In this document: in pieces, positions 13,781 to 25,292 of the stretch
How the letters are laid out: every line of letters begins with the position of its first letter
Position numbering within the stretch: the stretch's first letter is position 1
Assembly (NCBI RefSeq): GCF_036321535.1
Contig: NC_087436.1
Span: 54,562,001-54,626,000, forward strand
Direction: 5' to 3'
From: Camelus dromedarius
Lineage: Eukaryota
Length of the DNA: 64,000 nucleotides
Made by a program: the position numbers and the translations under genes
The notes under the pieces: generated by a model
Seen by the model: the letters and a program-made list of their open reading frames with translations, nothing else
Told to the model about the DNA's origin: nothing
Databases searched by the model: none

Positions 13781-14386
13781 ACATTCATTTCTTGATTTTT
13801 CTCCTAATTTAAGGTCTCAAGATTGATCTCTATTGATACATGTGGATTTAGTTCATTTATTTTGACTGTTAGGTAGTATTCTATTATTTTAAGACTCATA
13901 ACTTAGTTATTTCTTTACTATGAATACCAAGTATAAGAATATAGGTGTTAAGAGGGTTATAGTTATTTTTCTGGAAAGAAAAGTAAAGGGAGTAGGGAAG
14001 GAATTGTGTTTTTTTGTTTTTTGTTTTTGATCATTGTGGATGGTAAACATAGGTTTCTATTATATTATACATTATACTCTACATTGTCTCTCATTTTGAA
14101 ATACATAATTAAAATGCAAATTACTTCTTATGATATTTTATATTTGTATATAATTATATACACTGATAAATAATTAATTTTCCTATTAATCAGTATACTT
14201 TGCTTATGGGTAACTTTTTATCTAAATAGTTAAAAACATTTACAAGATTAGTATTTTTATGTACCATTAATGGCATAGTACAGTTTCAAATATACCTCAG
14301 GGTATTCAATTCCCTGAAACACACATAGTATAAACATGACATAGCAGAATTAGCTTAACTCAACTTTTTATACTAAATATATATTA

Positions 14387-14571
14387 CCATATTTCATTGA
14401 ATCTAACATGCCATCAAAGGTAAGAAGACTCATTATTTTATATAGTGCCAAGAGAAGAAAAAAATGTTTCACCCATTCTCACGGTAAGAAACCATCCATT
14501 GTAAGGTGCATTTTAGTTTTAGAGATGTTAAAATGTGAAAAAAACGGGTGTCTAAGAATCAATAAAGTACG
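14387..14571. mobile_element. Non-autonomous Tc1/mariner (Tc2; MER104/Kanga-like) DNA transposon
   Basis: Imperfect terminal inverted repeats ccatatttcattgaatctaa ... taagaatcaataaagtacg, flanked by TA. Confidence 0.6.
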
Positions 14572-14639
14572 TATTATTTTCCCTAGTAGCAGTTTTTATT
14601 CCTTCAATAGACAGAAATATCATGAAATTATTAATTTAT

Positions 14640-15749
14640 TTGTTAATCAAGTTTATTGAGGTATGATTTATATAAAAAATTTAAATTTAAAGGTTCAATT
14701 CAATGAAATCAGATAGTTGTATAGCCACTATTAAATCACATAATAGAACATTTCCATCACTATTTATTTACTTATTTGTATTGAGTTATAATTGAAGTAT
14801 CACATGTTGTATTAGTTTCAGGTATACATCATGGTTCAGTATTTGTATATATTGTAAAATGACTACCACAATAAGCCTAGTTAACATCCGTCACCGTGCA
14901 TAGTCACAGAATTTTTCTTGTGATGAGAACTTTTAAGATCTGCTCCCTTAGCAATGTTCAAATATGCAGTGCAGTATTACTAACTACAGTTGCTATCCTG
15001 CACATTGCATTCCCATGACCTACATTTTATAACTGAAAATTTGTATCTTTTTATTCTCTTCACCCATTTCACCCACTCCCCTACACCACTTCATCACTTC
15101 TTTACAATAAGTTTTCTTTCAGTGACCCCTTGCCTGAACAGGGCCACTTTTCTGCTTTCTATGACTGTAGTTTTTCTATTTTTTGGAAATTCATGTAACT
15201 GGAATCATACTACTGTATGTGGTCTTGTTTATATATACCACTTGGTATAATAGTTTTTGGATCCGTCTGTGTTGTTCAATGAGTTAGCAGTTTTTTATTG
15301 TTCAGTTGTGTTTGATTATAAAGCTATACAATATTTTGTTTATTCAACAATTGACAAGGAATTAGAGTTGCTTCCAGTTTATTACTATTATGACTGAAGC
15401 AGTTATGACCATTTGAGTACAAGTCATTATATGAACATATGTTTTCATTTCTCTTGGGTAAATAAGTAGGAGTGAGATTGGAGTGTACGTTTAATTTCAC
15501 AAAAGACTGCCGAAGAATTTTCCACGGTAGTTGAAAAATCGTACATGCCACTAGAGACATACGAGGGTACCAACCGGTATTTATCATCATCAAGATTTGA
15601 TATTGTTTTTTAAACTTTTAGCTATTGTATTTGGTGTGTAATTTAATTTGCATTTCCCTTATGACTAATATTATTGAGCACCTTTCCGTATGCTTATTTG
15701 TTGCGTATAATCTTCTGTAAAATGCCTCCCATTCAAATATTTTGCCTAC
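14640..15749 (-). mobile_element. Old L1M 3' fragment with a younger L1MA-like 3' UTR piece (about 14762-15090) nested in it
   Basis: L1 3' motifs (ttttcatttctcttgggtaaata; tttgcatttcccttatgactaat). The nested piece is flanked by the degenerate direct repeat atttccatcact/acttcatcact. Confidence 0.7.
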
Positions 15750-16310
15750 TGTCAAAGATAAACAAACCCAGACACTAGTTAAAGTGGTAAGGACAGATTT
15801 TAATCAGTAATATACTATTACACTGGGGAAAAGAATCCAGCATGAACTGAACTCAACTTCAGTTTGTATAGGGGTAATTAGGTGTTTTAAACGGAAAAGG
15901 AGGGAAATGGGAGGGAGGTGAGCAGGGGCTCAGTCTAGTCAGGGAAGTGAAAATTTGAAAAAATCAGAAGGGTGCTGGTCCATGAGAACCCACTGGCTTG
16001 TTAACCAGCACTTGGGGAAGCTAGGCTTCTACCCTCCCACAGAGACTGGGAGACAGGGACTCCATCTTGCAGGTGTTGACCGAAACTAACAGAAAATTCT
16101 TTTGGCAGCCTCGCACTCAAAAGAGCAAAATTTTGGCAGTTTTCTCAGGCAGGCACTTTAAGTGAGGCTAGGGTCACGTTAGGGATATGGCCTTGAGCTG
16201 TTAGAAAGCATGTTACAGTTTTGTTCAAGTGTTTATTGGCCAAGGTTGAGGCTAGTAGAGAAAGGGCTCAGAGAGCCTGGACAGAGTTTGGTCAAGAAGA
16301 GATCTTTGTC
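15750..16310 (-). mobile_element. ERV1-class solo LTR, MER31/MER67-like
   Basis: Reverse strand starts gacaaagatctcttcttgaccaaactctgtccaggctctctgagccc and ends ...tttatctttgaca. It interrupts the old L1. Confidence 0.7.
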
Positions 16311-16442
16311 TTTAATTGTTTTTTGCCTCCTATCATTGAGCTGTAGGTTTGTTTGTTTGTTTGTTTGTTTGTTTCATATTCTGCCCATAATTCTCAACAA
16401 TATATGTTTTTTCAAATATTTTTCGCCCCAGACTGAGGCTTG

Positions 16443-19400
16443 ACTTTTTTTGACCGAAGCATAGTTGATTTACAATGTTGTGTTAGTTTCTAGTGTACAG
16501 CAAAGTTATTCACTTATATGTATATTATATTCTTTTTCAAATACTTTTCCATTATAGGTTATTACAAGATACTGAATATAGTTTCCTGTGCTATACAGTA
16601 CGACTTTGTTGTTTATCTGTTTTATACATAGTAGAGTGTATTTGTTAATCCCAAGCTCCTAATTTATTCCTCTCCTCACCTTTCCCCTTTGCTAACTATC
16701 AGTTTGTTTTCTATGTTCATAGGTCTGTTTCTGTGTATAAGTAAGTTCATCTGTTTCACTTTTTTTAGATCCCAAATAGAAGTGATATATGATACTTGTC
16801 TTTCTTTGACTTCACTTCCTATGATAATCTCTAGGTCCATCTGTGTTGCTGCAAATGGCATTATTTCATTCTTTTTATGGCTGAGTAGTATTCCGTTGTA
16901 TACATAGATACTACATCTTTATCCATTTATCTGTTGGTGGACACTCAGGTTGCTTCCATGTCTCGGCTATTGTAAATAGTGCTTCTGTGAACACTGGGAT
17001 GGATGTGTCTTTTCAAATTAGAGTTTTCATTTTTTTCCAGATATGTGCCCAGGAATGGGATTGCTGGATCATAAAGTAAGTCTATTTTTAGTTTTTTAAG
17101 GAACCACATGCTGTTCTCCATAGTGGCTGCACCAAGTTATATTCCTACCAGCAGTGTAGGAGGGTTCCCTTTTCTTCACTCTCTTTCCAGCATTTATTAT
17201 TTGTAGACATTTTGATGATGGCCATTCTGACTGATGTGAATACCTCACTGTAGTTTTGATTTTCATTTCTCTGATAATTAGTGATGTTGAGCATCTTTCT
17301 ATGTGCCTATTGGTATGTCTTTGGAGAACTGTTAGGTCTTCTGCCCATTTTTTGATTGGGTGGTTTATTTTTCTCATATTTAGCTATATGAGCTGTATGT
17401 ATATTTTGGAAATTAAGACCTTGTAATTTGCATCATTTGCAAATACCTTCTCCTATCCCATAGGTTGTCTTTTCATGTTGTTTATGGTTTCCTTTGCTGT
17501 ACAAAGGCTTATAAGTTTGATTAGGTCCCCTTTGTTTATTTTTGCTTTTATTTCTTTTGCCTTAGGAGACTGACCTAAGAAAAGCTTGCTGCGATTTATG
17601 TCAGAAAATGTTTTGCCTATGTTCTCTTCCAGGAGTTTTATGGTGTCATGTCTTATATTTAAGTCTTTAAGCCATTCTGAGTTTATTCTTGTGCAGTGTG
17701 AGGGAGTGTTCTAAGTTTGTTTATTTACATGCAGCTATCCAGCTTTTCCAACATCACTCGCTGAAGAAACTGTCTTTTCACCATTGTGTATTCTTTCCTC
17801 CTTTGTTGAAGAGTAATTTTTAAATTTATTGAGTGTTGCTCTGTGGCCTAACATGTAATCTATCCTGGAGAATGTTCCAGGTGCACTTGAAAAGAATATG
17901 TTGTCTGCTGCTGTTGGATGCAATGTTCTATGTATGTTTTTTTCAGTTCACCTCATTTAATACATTTTTTAAGGCCAGTGTTTCTTATTGATTTTCTGTC
18001 TAGATGACCTGTTGGTATAAGTATGATGTTGAAGTCCCCAACTAATAGGTGTTGCTATCAGTTTCTCCCTTTATGTTCAATATTTGCTTTATGTGTTTAA
18101 TAGCTCCTATACTTGGCTCATATGTATTTACAATTTTTATGTCTTCTTGTTGGGTTGATCCCTATTTCATTATGCAGTGTCCTTTTTCTATTGTTATAGT
18201 CTTTAACGTGTTTTGTCTGAAAAAATGTATTGCTATCCCAGCTTTCTTTTTATTTCCCATTCCCTCACTTTCATTCTGCATGTCTTTAGAAATGAAGTTA
18301 GTCTCTTGTAGGCAGTATATATGTGAGTCTTTTTTTATCCATTCAGTTACTCTGTCTTGATTGGGGTATTTAGTCCACTTACATATAATTATTGATAGGT
18401 ATGTACTTATTGCAAATTTGTTAATTGTATTGGGATGGTTTTTTACCGTTTTTTTTTGTTGTTGTTGTTGTTGTTCCTTTCCCCTTCTTTTGCTCTTTTC
18501 CCTTATGATTTGATGACTATCTTTAGTTTATTTTTGGTTTCCTTTCTTTTTTTCTATGTGTAGGTATTAGATTTTTGGTTTGTGGTTACCATGAGGTTCA
18601 TATGGCCATATATGCATATAACTACACAGTACTTTAAGTTGATGATCTCTTAAGCTCAAACACATTTTTTAAGAACCTTGCACTTTTTCTTCCCCTACCA
18701 TGTTCAGTGTTTTTTACGTCATGCTTTGTCTTTTTGTTTTGATTGTCCCTTTACTTATTGTGGATAGTGATGATTTTACTACTTTTGTCTTTCAATCTTT
18801 CTACTTTTATAAGTGGTTGATCTGCTACCTTTACCATATGTTTACCTTTACCAATGAGATTTGTTCCTTTTCTAATTTCTACACTTCTATGTGTGGTCTT
18901 TTCCACTTAGTTAAGTCCCTTTAACGTTTCTTTTAAAGCTGGTTTAGTGATGCTGAACTCTTTCGGCTTTTGCTTCTCCATAAAACTCTTTCTCTCTCCT
19001 TCATACTGAATGGTAGCCTTGACTGATAGAGTATTTTTGGTTGTAGGTTTTTTCCATTCATCATTTTGAGTTTATTGTGCCACTCCAATCTGGTCCACAA
19101 AGTTTCTGCTGAAAACTCAGGTGATAGTCTTATGAAAGTTTCCTTGCACATAAGTTTCTCTTGTTTTATGATTACTTTTAATTTTTTGCCATGTTAATTA
19201 CAGTGTGTCTTGGTATGGTCTTCCTTGGGACCCTCTGTGCTTCTTGGACCCAAAAGTCTGTTTCCCTTCCTAGATGAGGGAAGTTTTTTTGCTGTTATTA
19301 CTTCAAATATGTTCTCTACCCCTTTCTCTCTCTCCTCCTTTTCAGATCCCTATAATGCAAATGTTAGTATGCTTGATGTTGTCTTAGAGATCTCTTAAAC

Positions 19401-20547
19401 TATCCTCACTTTAAAAATTCTTTGTTCTCGTTTCTGTTCAACTTGGGTGATTTCCACTACTCTGTCTTCCAGATCTGTTCCTTTGTATCATCTAATCTAC
19501 TATTGGTTCCTTTTAGTGTATTTTTAAAATCAGTTTATTATATTCTTAAGCTCTGCTGGTTCTTTATATCTTCTAACTCTTTGAAATTCTCCCTGTGTTC
19601 ATCCTTTCTTCTGAGTTTGGTGAGCATCTTTATGGTTATTACTTTAAACTGTTCATTGGGTAGGCTGTTTATCTCCATTTGGTGTCTTTTTCTGAGTTTA
19701 TGTCTTATTCCTTGGTTTGGAACATATTCTTGTGTCTCATTTTGTCCAGTTCTCTGTGTTTATTTTCATGGGTTAGGTAGGTTTCCTGATTTTGGAGTGG
19801 CCTTATGTAGGAGATGTCCCATGAGGCCTAGAAGCACACTCCCCTCTGTTTACCAGAGGTATATACTCTAGGAGTGCCCTCTATGTGGGCTACTGTTGCC
19901 TTTCTGTTGTCGCAGGGCTGACTACTGTGGGTACACTGGCAGGTGGGCCTGGCCCCTGGCCCAGTTTGCTACAGTATTGTGTCTTGTGCAGTGGGCCTGC
20001 TGAAGTGCAGGGTAGGCTTCCTATCTGGTTGGCTGCATAGACTGGAGGAGGCATGAGCTGCTGCCAGCCAACTCTTGGGTGGGGCTGGGTACACATGTGG
20101 CTATCTTTGTGTCCCTAGGGAGGCATGTATTGCCAGCCTGCTGGAGGGCATGGTTGGGTCCCTGTTTAGCTGTCTGCAAGGCTCAGGGGATTCTACATTT
20201 ATTTTAATTTCAATATTCCCTAAACTTGTTTTTGGAGGTCATTTATCTGTCTTCTGGAACTTAAACGCCATGACTGCCAGAGCCCGATGTGTGACTTAGA
20301 CCCCTTGCTTCATGGAGGGAACCTCTGCAATTGTAATTCTCTCATTTGTGGGTTGCCTATCCAGGGATATGGTCTTGACTGTACTCCATTTCCACCCCTC
20401 CTACCCATCTCGTGGTTCTTCCTTTATATGTTTAGTTGAGAAAATCTTTTCTGCTAATCTTCAGGTCTTTCTCATAGATAGTTCTCTGTAAATAGTTATA
20501 ATTTTGGGGTGCTCAGGGTCATACTACTTCACATCTTGGTCACATCC
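16443..20547 (-). mobile_element. Artiodactyl-type L1 (5' UTR, decayed ORF1, endonuclease, ORF2 C-terminus, 3' UTR) lacking the RT domain
   Basis: ORF1 motif IRLSPEFSAETL...NLQPKILY (18933-19151). EN motif FFSSAPGTFSRIDYMLGH joined at about 17817 to ORF2 C-terminal sequence. The 5' end resembles 25293-25600. Confidence 0.85.
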
Positions 20548-22611
20548 ATAATGAATATTTTGATCCGTTTACAGTAACCATGGATATCTAAATTCTAAAA
20601 CCTTAAAGACTCTAAATCCAGTTAGTTTAAAATTGATGGAATGTTTTTGAGACTTCATCCGAGAGAGAGTGATGCTACTCAGTTCTGTAGCTATTTCTAT
20701 TACTGAACTAGAATGTAGATCTAGCACTAAATATCAGAATGCCAGAATGCCAGATTCTAAAGAGCATTCATAGTCCATAAAATTATTTGTCTTTAAAAAT
20801 AAACTCTGTAAGGTACTATATAATCATGAATTTTGAGTAAACTGAGAACTTTTTATGGCATTTCTATAGTGTGGAAGATTTTGCACTTGGTACCATTTAT
20901 GATCTGCTGCATTTTGATGAGGATAAAGTGGTCATGCTAAGTGTACTCTGAAGTACTTTCAGAGTAATAGCTTTGTTCCTTCATCATCAAGTTGATAATC
21001 TCTGAACCTACGCTGCACACTATCAGCACTTTAGGAAATTAGCAATATTTTTATTCTTTTTACTTTCTGATTCTTGTATAAATAATCATTTTCTACCCCA
21101 CATGCAACACATTCTTCTCTATGTATCCTACCAATAGTTTTAAAGTATTTGTTTTTACATTTTGATATTTAACAAATCTATTATTTGTGAGTATTTTGTA
21201 TGCTCTTGTTATAGGGATTTAAATACTTCAGTGTAGATAATTGTTTTCTTATCCATGCTCCAATTGTTTATAGTGCCTTGTCTTGGTTTCTAGGCTCCAT
21301 TTGATTGGCTTGGTTTCAAGGTGCCTTACCATTGCAATACTTGTCAGTCAGTTTAATTAGTCTAGTATGGCAAACTATTCCTTATTCATTTTGTTGCAGT
21401 TATCTTGTTATCACTCTTTGAATTATTAGGAAACAGTAGCATAATTAAGTTGAATATCTTAGTTTACTTTTAGTAAAATTAACTAACTCTTTGATAAGTT
21501 TATTAGGTTTACTCTTCTATAACAAAATAAGAACAACAAACATTAATTTGGAGACTGTTAAAAATACTTTAGTAGGACTCAGGACAAAGTGAGATCCAAT
21601 CTAAAAGCAAATCCTACCTTGCTTATTGACGGTCCTTGAGATTATCATAAGAAAATTATAGCAGCATTCTACTATAAATTTTTCTAATTCATATTTCAAG
21701 TTCATATCATTTTACTCTACCTATATAGCAAAATTCAACTAGATCACTGTAAGTAAATTCTTCACTTACTCCAAAGCTTTCCATTTCCTGATCCTAATAT
21801 ACTTTTTAAACAATTCTTCCTATTATTTCATTTCATATGCATAAGTTTTAGCTTAAAGTGCTTGCCATTCACCATATTACTTGATGACAATATGCTCACT
21901 TTGTTTACTTCTTCTGTTCGCTCTTCTTTGAGCATCACTTATTCATCTCTACACTTAAAAAATCAATTTATATTTCAAAGCCCAGTTTAAATGTTGACTT
22001 GCCTGTCACTAACATAAATATTGACTGCTTCCTTTGAATCTTTATCTTTTCCCTTTATATCATAAATTATTAGTTATATGATAGCTCCATCTCTTTTAAT
22101 AGACTGTCTATTCTTTACAAGCCATACCTGTGTCTGGTTCACCTTTATTTACTCAGAGTGTCTATTATCATATAGTAGTGGATTTACCACTATCTGTTGG
22201 ATTAATATAAACTATCTTTTTAATAAATCATATTAAAAAGATACCAAAAAAGTATAATAAATGATGACAATAAGTTAAGGAAGAGATTGTAAACATTAAA
22301 AAAAGACAAACAGAATCATAGAATCATAAGGAATACTTGATGACTGAGGGTAGATGAAAATAATATGAAATATTTTGTTACAATTATTCTAGGAAGACAA
22401 TGGTAGATCAATCCCTAGAACTCATGGTATCTAGCCAGGCAAAAGGAATTCAGAGCTGTACATGGGAAACTGTTATCCAAATTATAAATAACCCATGTAT
22501 CAGAGAACAAGTGTGACTTGCATAAGTAAGTGCAAATAGCAACAATTTATATAAAATAAAATAACAACAATGGCAAAACAACAACAGTTAATGATTAGTG
22601 AGGGTTTATAT

Positions 22612-22630
22612 ACACACACACACACACACA
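22612..22630. repeat. (CA)n microsatellite
   Basis: Read directly from the sequence. Confidence 0.95.
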
Positions 22631-23071
22631 GTCACATTCAGAGATACAGCCAATGGACAACTATGAAAGATGGAAGACTCTAGTTGCTGTTCATTATCAG
22701 AAACAGGGACCTTGAAATTGTTATAGATTGCTCCCTGATGATGCAGGCTTATGTGCTGCTTTTATTTGAGAAAACAGTCATGGTTATCACTAAGACATAC
22801 TGAAAATAAAACAAAATAAGCTAACGCTCATAGTAGTTCTGAGTCTTCATTTCATCTAACTTTCTAGTCAGATTTATCAGATGAGATCACGGCTACTGGG
22901 ATATCACACTTTCTTTGTTTTCCTCTTAACTTACTGGCTGCTGCTTCTGGATTTCCTATACTAATTCCTCTCATCAACTTGATTTAATACATTGGAGAGC
23001 CCATGACACATTTGCTGGACCTTTTCTCCTTCACTAACCTAAAACTTTCCCTACTAAACTACATCACAGGC

Positions 23072-23345
23072 AAAATCCCAACCTCTGATTTAATCCTCCC
23101 CACTCTCTCCCCACCCGGGTAATCAATAGTTTTCTGTCTCTGTGAGTCTGTCTGTTTTGTAAATAAGTTCATTTGTATCGGGGTTTTTTTTAGATTCCAC
23201 ATATAAACAATATCATACGGTGCTTTTCTTTCTCTTTCAGGCTTACTTTACTTAGTATGATGATCTCCAGGTCCATCCACATAGCTTACATTCTAATGGT
23301 AGAGACAGAAAATGTAAATAAGTATTTATTTAGGGAATTATAGAT
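23072..23345 (+). repeat. Direct-repeat copy of 24543-24827
   Basis: Near-identical 274-bp copy spanning an L1/L2 junction. Confidence 0.95.
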
Positions 23346-23479
23346 CTACTCCACCCGTATGCTGATAATTCCCAATTATATCTCTAACCTGGTTCTAGTT
23401 CTCTCCTCAAAACTCCACAAAATTTATCCAACTGCCGATTTGATATCTTTATTTGGAGACATCACTTGAAATAGTGTCA

Positions 23480-24260
23480 GGTATTTACCAGGTAATCAAT
23501 AAATACTTACCAAATCAAGAAATTAAAAGGATGATATTTACAACCAAGTAGAGTTTATTCCTGGAATGAAAAATGGCTCAACATTAGAAAATATTTTAAT
23601 GTAATTAACTGCATTAACAAATTAAAGAATAAAATAATGTAACTATTTTAAAACACTGCAAAACTGTTTTCAGAGTTAAAGGATCTTTCCTAATAAAAAG
23701 CTGAACTAAAATAGGATTTGACATTGTATTAAAATGATTTTAAAACTATGTAGAAAATCCTGATAGCAAGCATAATATTAAATATTAAAATTTTAGTCTT
23801 ATTCCCATTAAAACTGGGATGAAGACAGTGATTCAACCATCATTTAACTTTGTTCCAGAGGCTCTAAAAAATGAAATATGAAAACAATAATGAAATAAGA
23901 AGAGCCAATATTAAAATAAGAGATGCAGATGACATGAGTGTATGGCAAACAAAAACAAGAAGTGGTATTGAAACTATTTGGAGAATATTGCAAAGTTGCC
24001 AGAAAAAGATATTATTGAAACAAATTCTTCATAGTTAAAATAACAAATTAGGAAATTCTGATTACACACAAAACACTAGACACTATAATGTCCAAAATAA
24101 AAAAAAAAAGTATATCAGGGAATAAAACTGTAAAAGTTTGTTGTATAATATAAACCAAAACCTGCACATATATGAGAAAATATATGTGCCACAGACCTGT
24201 ATAGGGAAATTGAACATCATGCAAATATTTACCAGATTATAAATCTAAGGCAATTTTTTT
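23480..24260 (+). mobile_element. Very old L1 ORF2 (RT region) fragment
   Basis: Decayed caaccaagtagagtttattcctggaatgaaaaatggctcaacattag and gcagatgacatgagtgtat (ADDM-like). Confidence 0.6.
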
Positions 24261-24264
24261 TTAT

Positions 24265-25150
24265 ATATTTACTGATTCAACAAATGTTTATTGAATTGAA
24301 TACCCACTATGTTCCTGGCACTAGGCATGCAGGGATGAGGAAGATGACTAAGATTCTAGCCTCCTAGAGCTTGCTATCTATCTGAAGTATTGTTGATCTA
24401 CAATGTTGTATTAAATTCTGGTGTACACATAGTGATATTCGTATATTTTTTAATTATAAGTATTTCATTACAAGGTATTGAATATAGTTCTCTGTGCTAC
24501 ACAGTAGGACCTTGTTGTTTAACCATTTTATATATAGTAGTTAAAATCCCAACCTTCTGATTTAATCCTCCCCACTCTCTCCCCACCCGGGTAATCAATA
24601 GTTTTCTGTCTCTGTGAGTCTGTCTGTTCTGTAAATAAGTTCATTTGTATCGGTTTTTGTTTTTTTTTTTTTTAGATTCCACATATAAACAATATCATAC
24701 AGTATTTTTCTTTCTCTTTCAGGCTTACTTTACTTAGTATGATGACCTCCAGGTCCATCCACATAGCTTACATTCTAATGGTAGAGACAAAAAATGTAAA
24801 TAAGTATTTATTTAGGGAATTATAGATGGTACAAATGAAAAAGTAAGGGCATAGAAAGGAGCCTGATGGTGGTGGTGGGGCTGGTCTTTTAAAAATAGGG
24901 GTGGCCAGCAACAGTCTCTTTGAAGAGGACCTTTCAGGAGAGACATTTAAGCATTGAGGGGTCATTACGGGAACAGTATGAGAGGAACACCTTCTACTTA
25001 GAAGCATCAACAAGTGCAAAAGCCCTTAGGCCAGAGTGTGTGTGGTATGTTTGGGAAGAGCAAAACAATTAAGAGTGTCTGGAGCAGAAGGGGAATGTGG
25101 TAGAAAATTAATTTGGGTGACTAGTTAAAAGAAAACTCGTGTAGGACCCA
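24265..25150 (-). mobile_element. L2 3' fragment interrupted by a 5'-truncated L1 3' UTR (about 24383-24764, also minus strand)
   Basis: attcaacaaatgtttattga is the antisense L2 tail. L1 piece tgaagtattgttgatctacaatgttg...tccaggtccatcca. Degenerate TSD agcttgctatcta/agcttacattcta. Confidence 0.75.
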
Positions 25151-25292
25151 CACTCACATATGTACATATATGTGCACTGTATTATATTTAAACTTTTGGA
25201 TACACTTTTGAATACATTATAATTAAAAGATAAATATTCCTAGTAGGCCAAAAAAAAAAAAGGAAAAACCAGTTCTTAAAAAACATTAAATA

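Noticed and set aside
20870..20951. Exon-like VEDFALGTIYDLLHFDEDK after an acceptor
   Set aside because: No credible donor before the stop codon.
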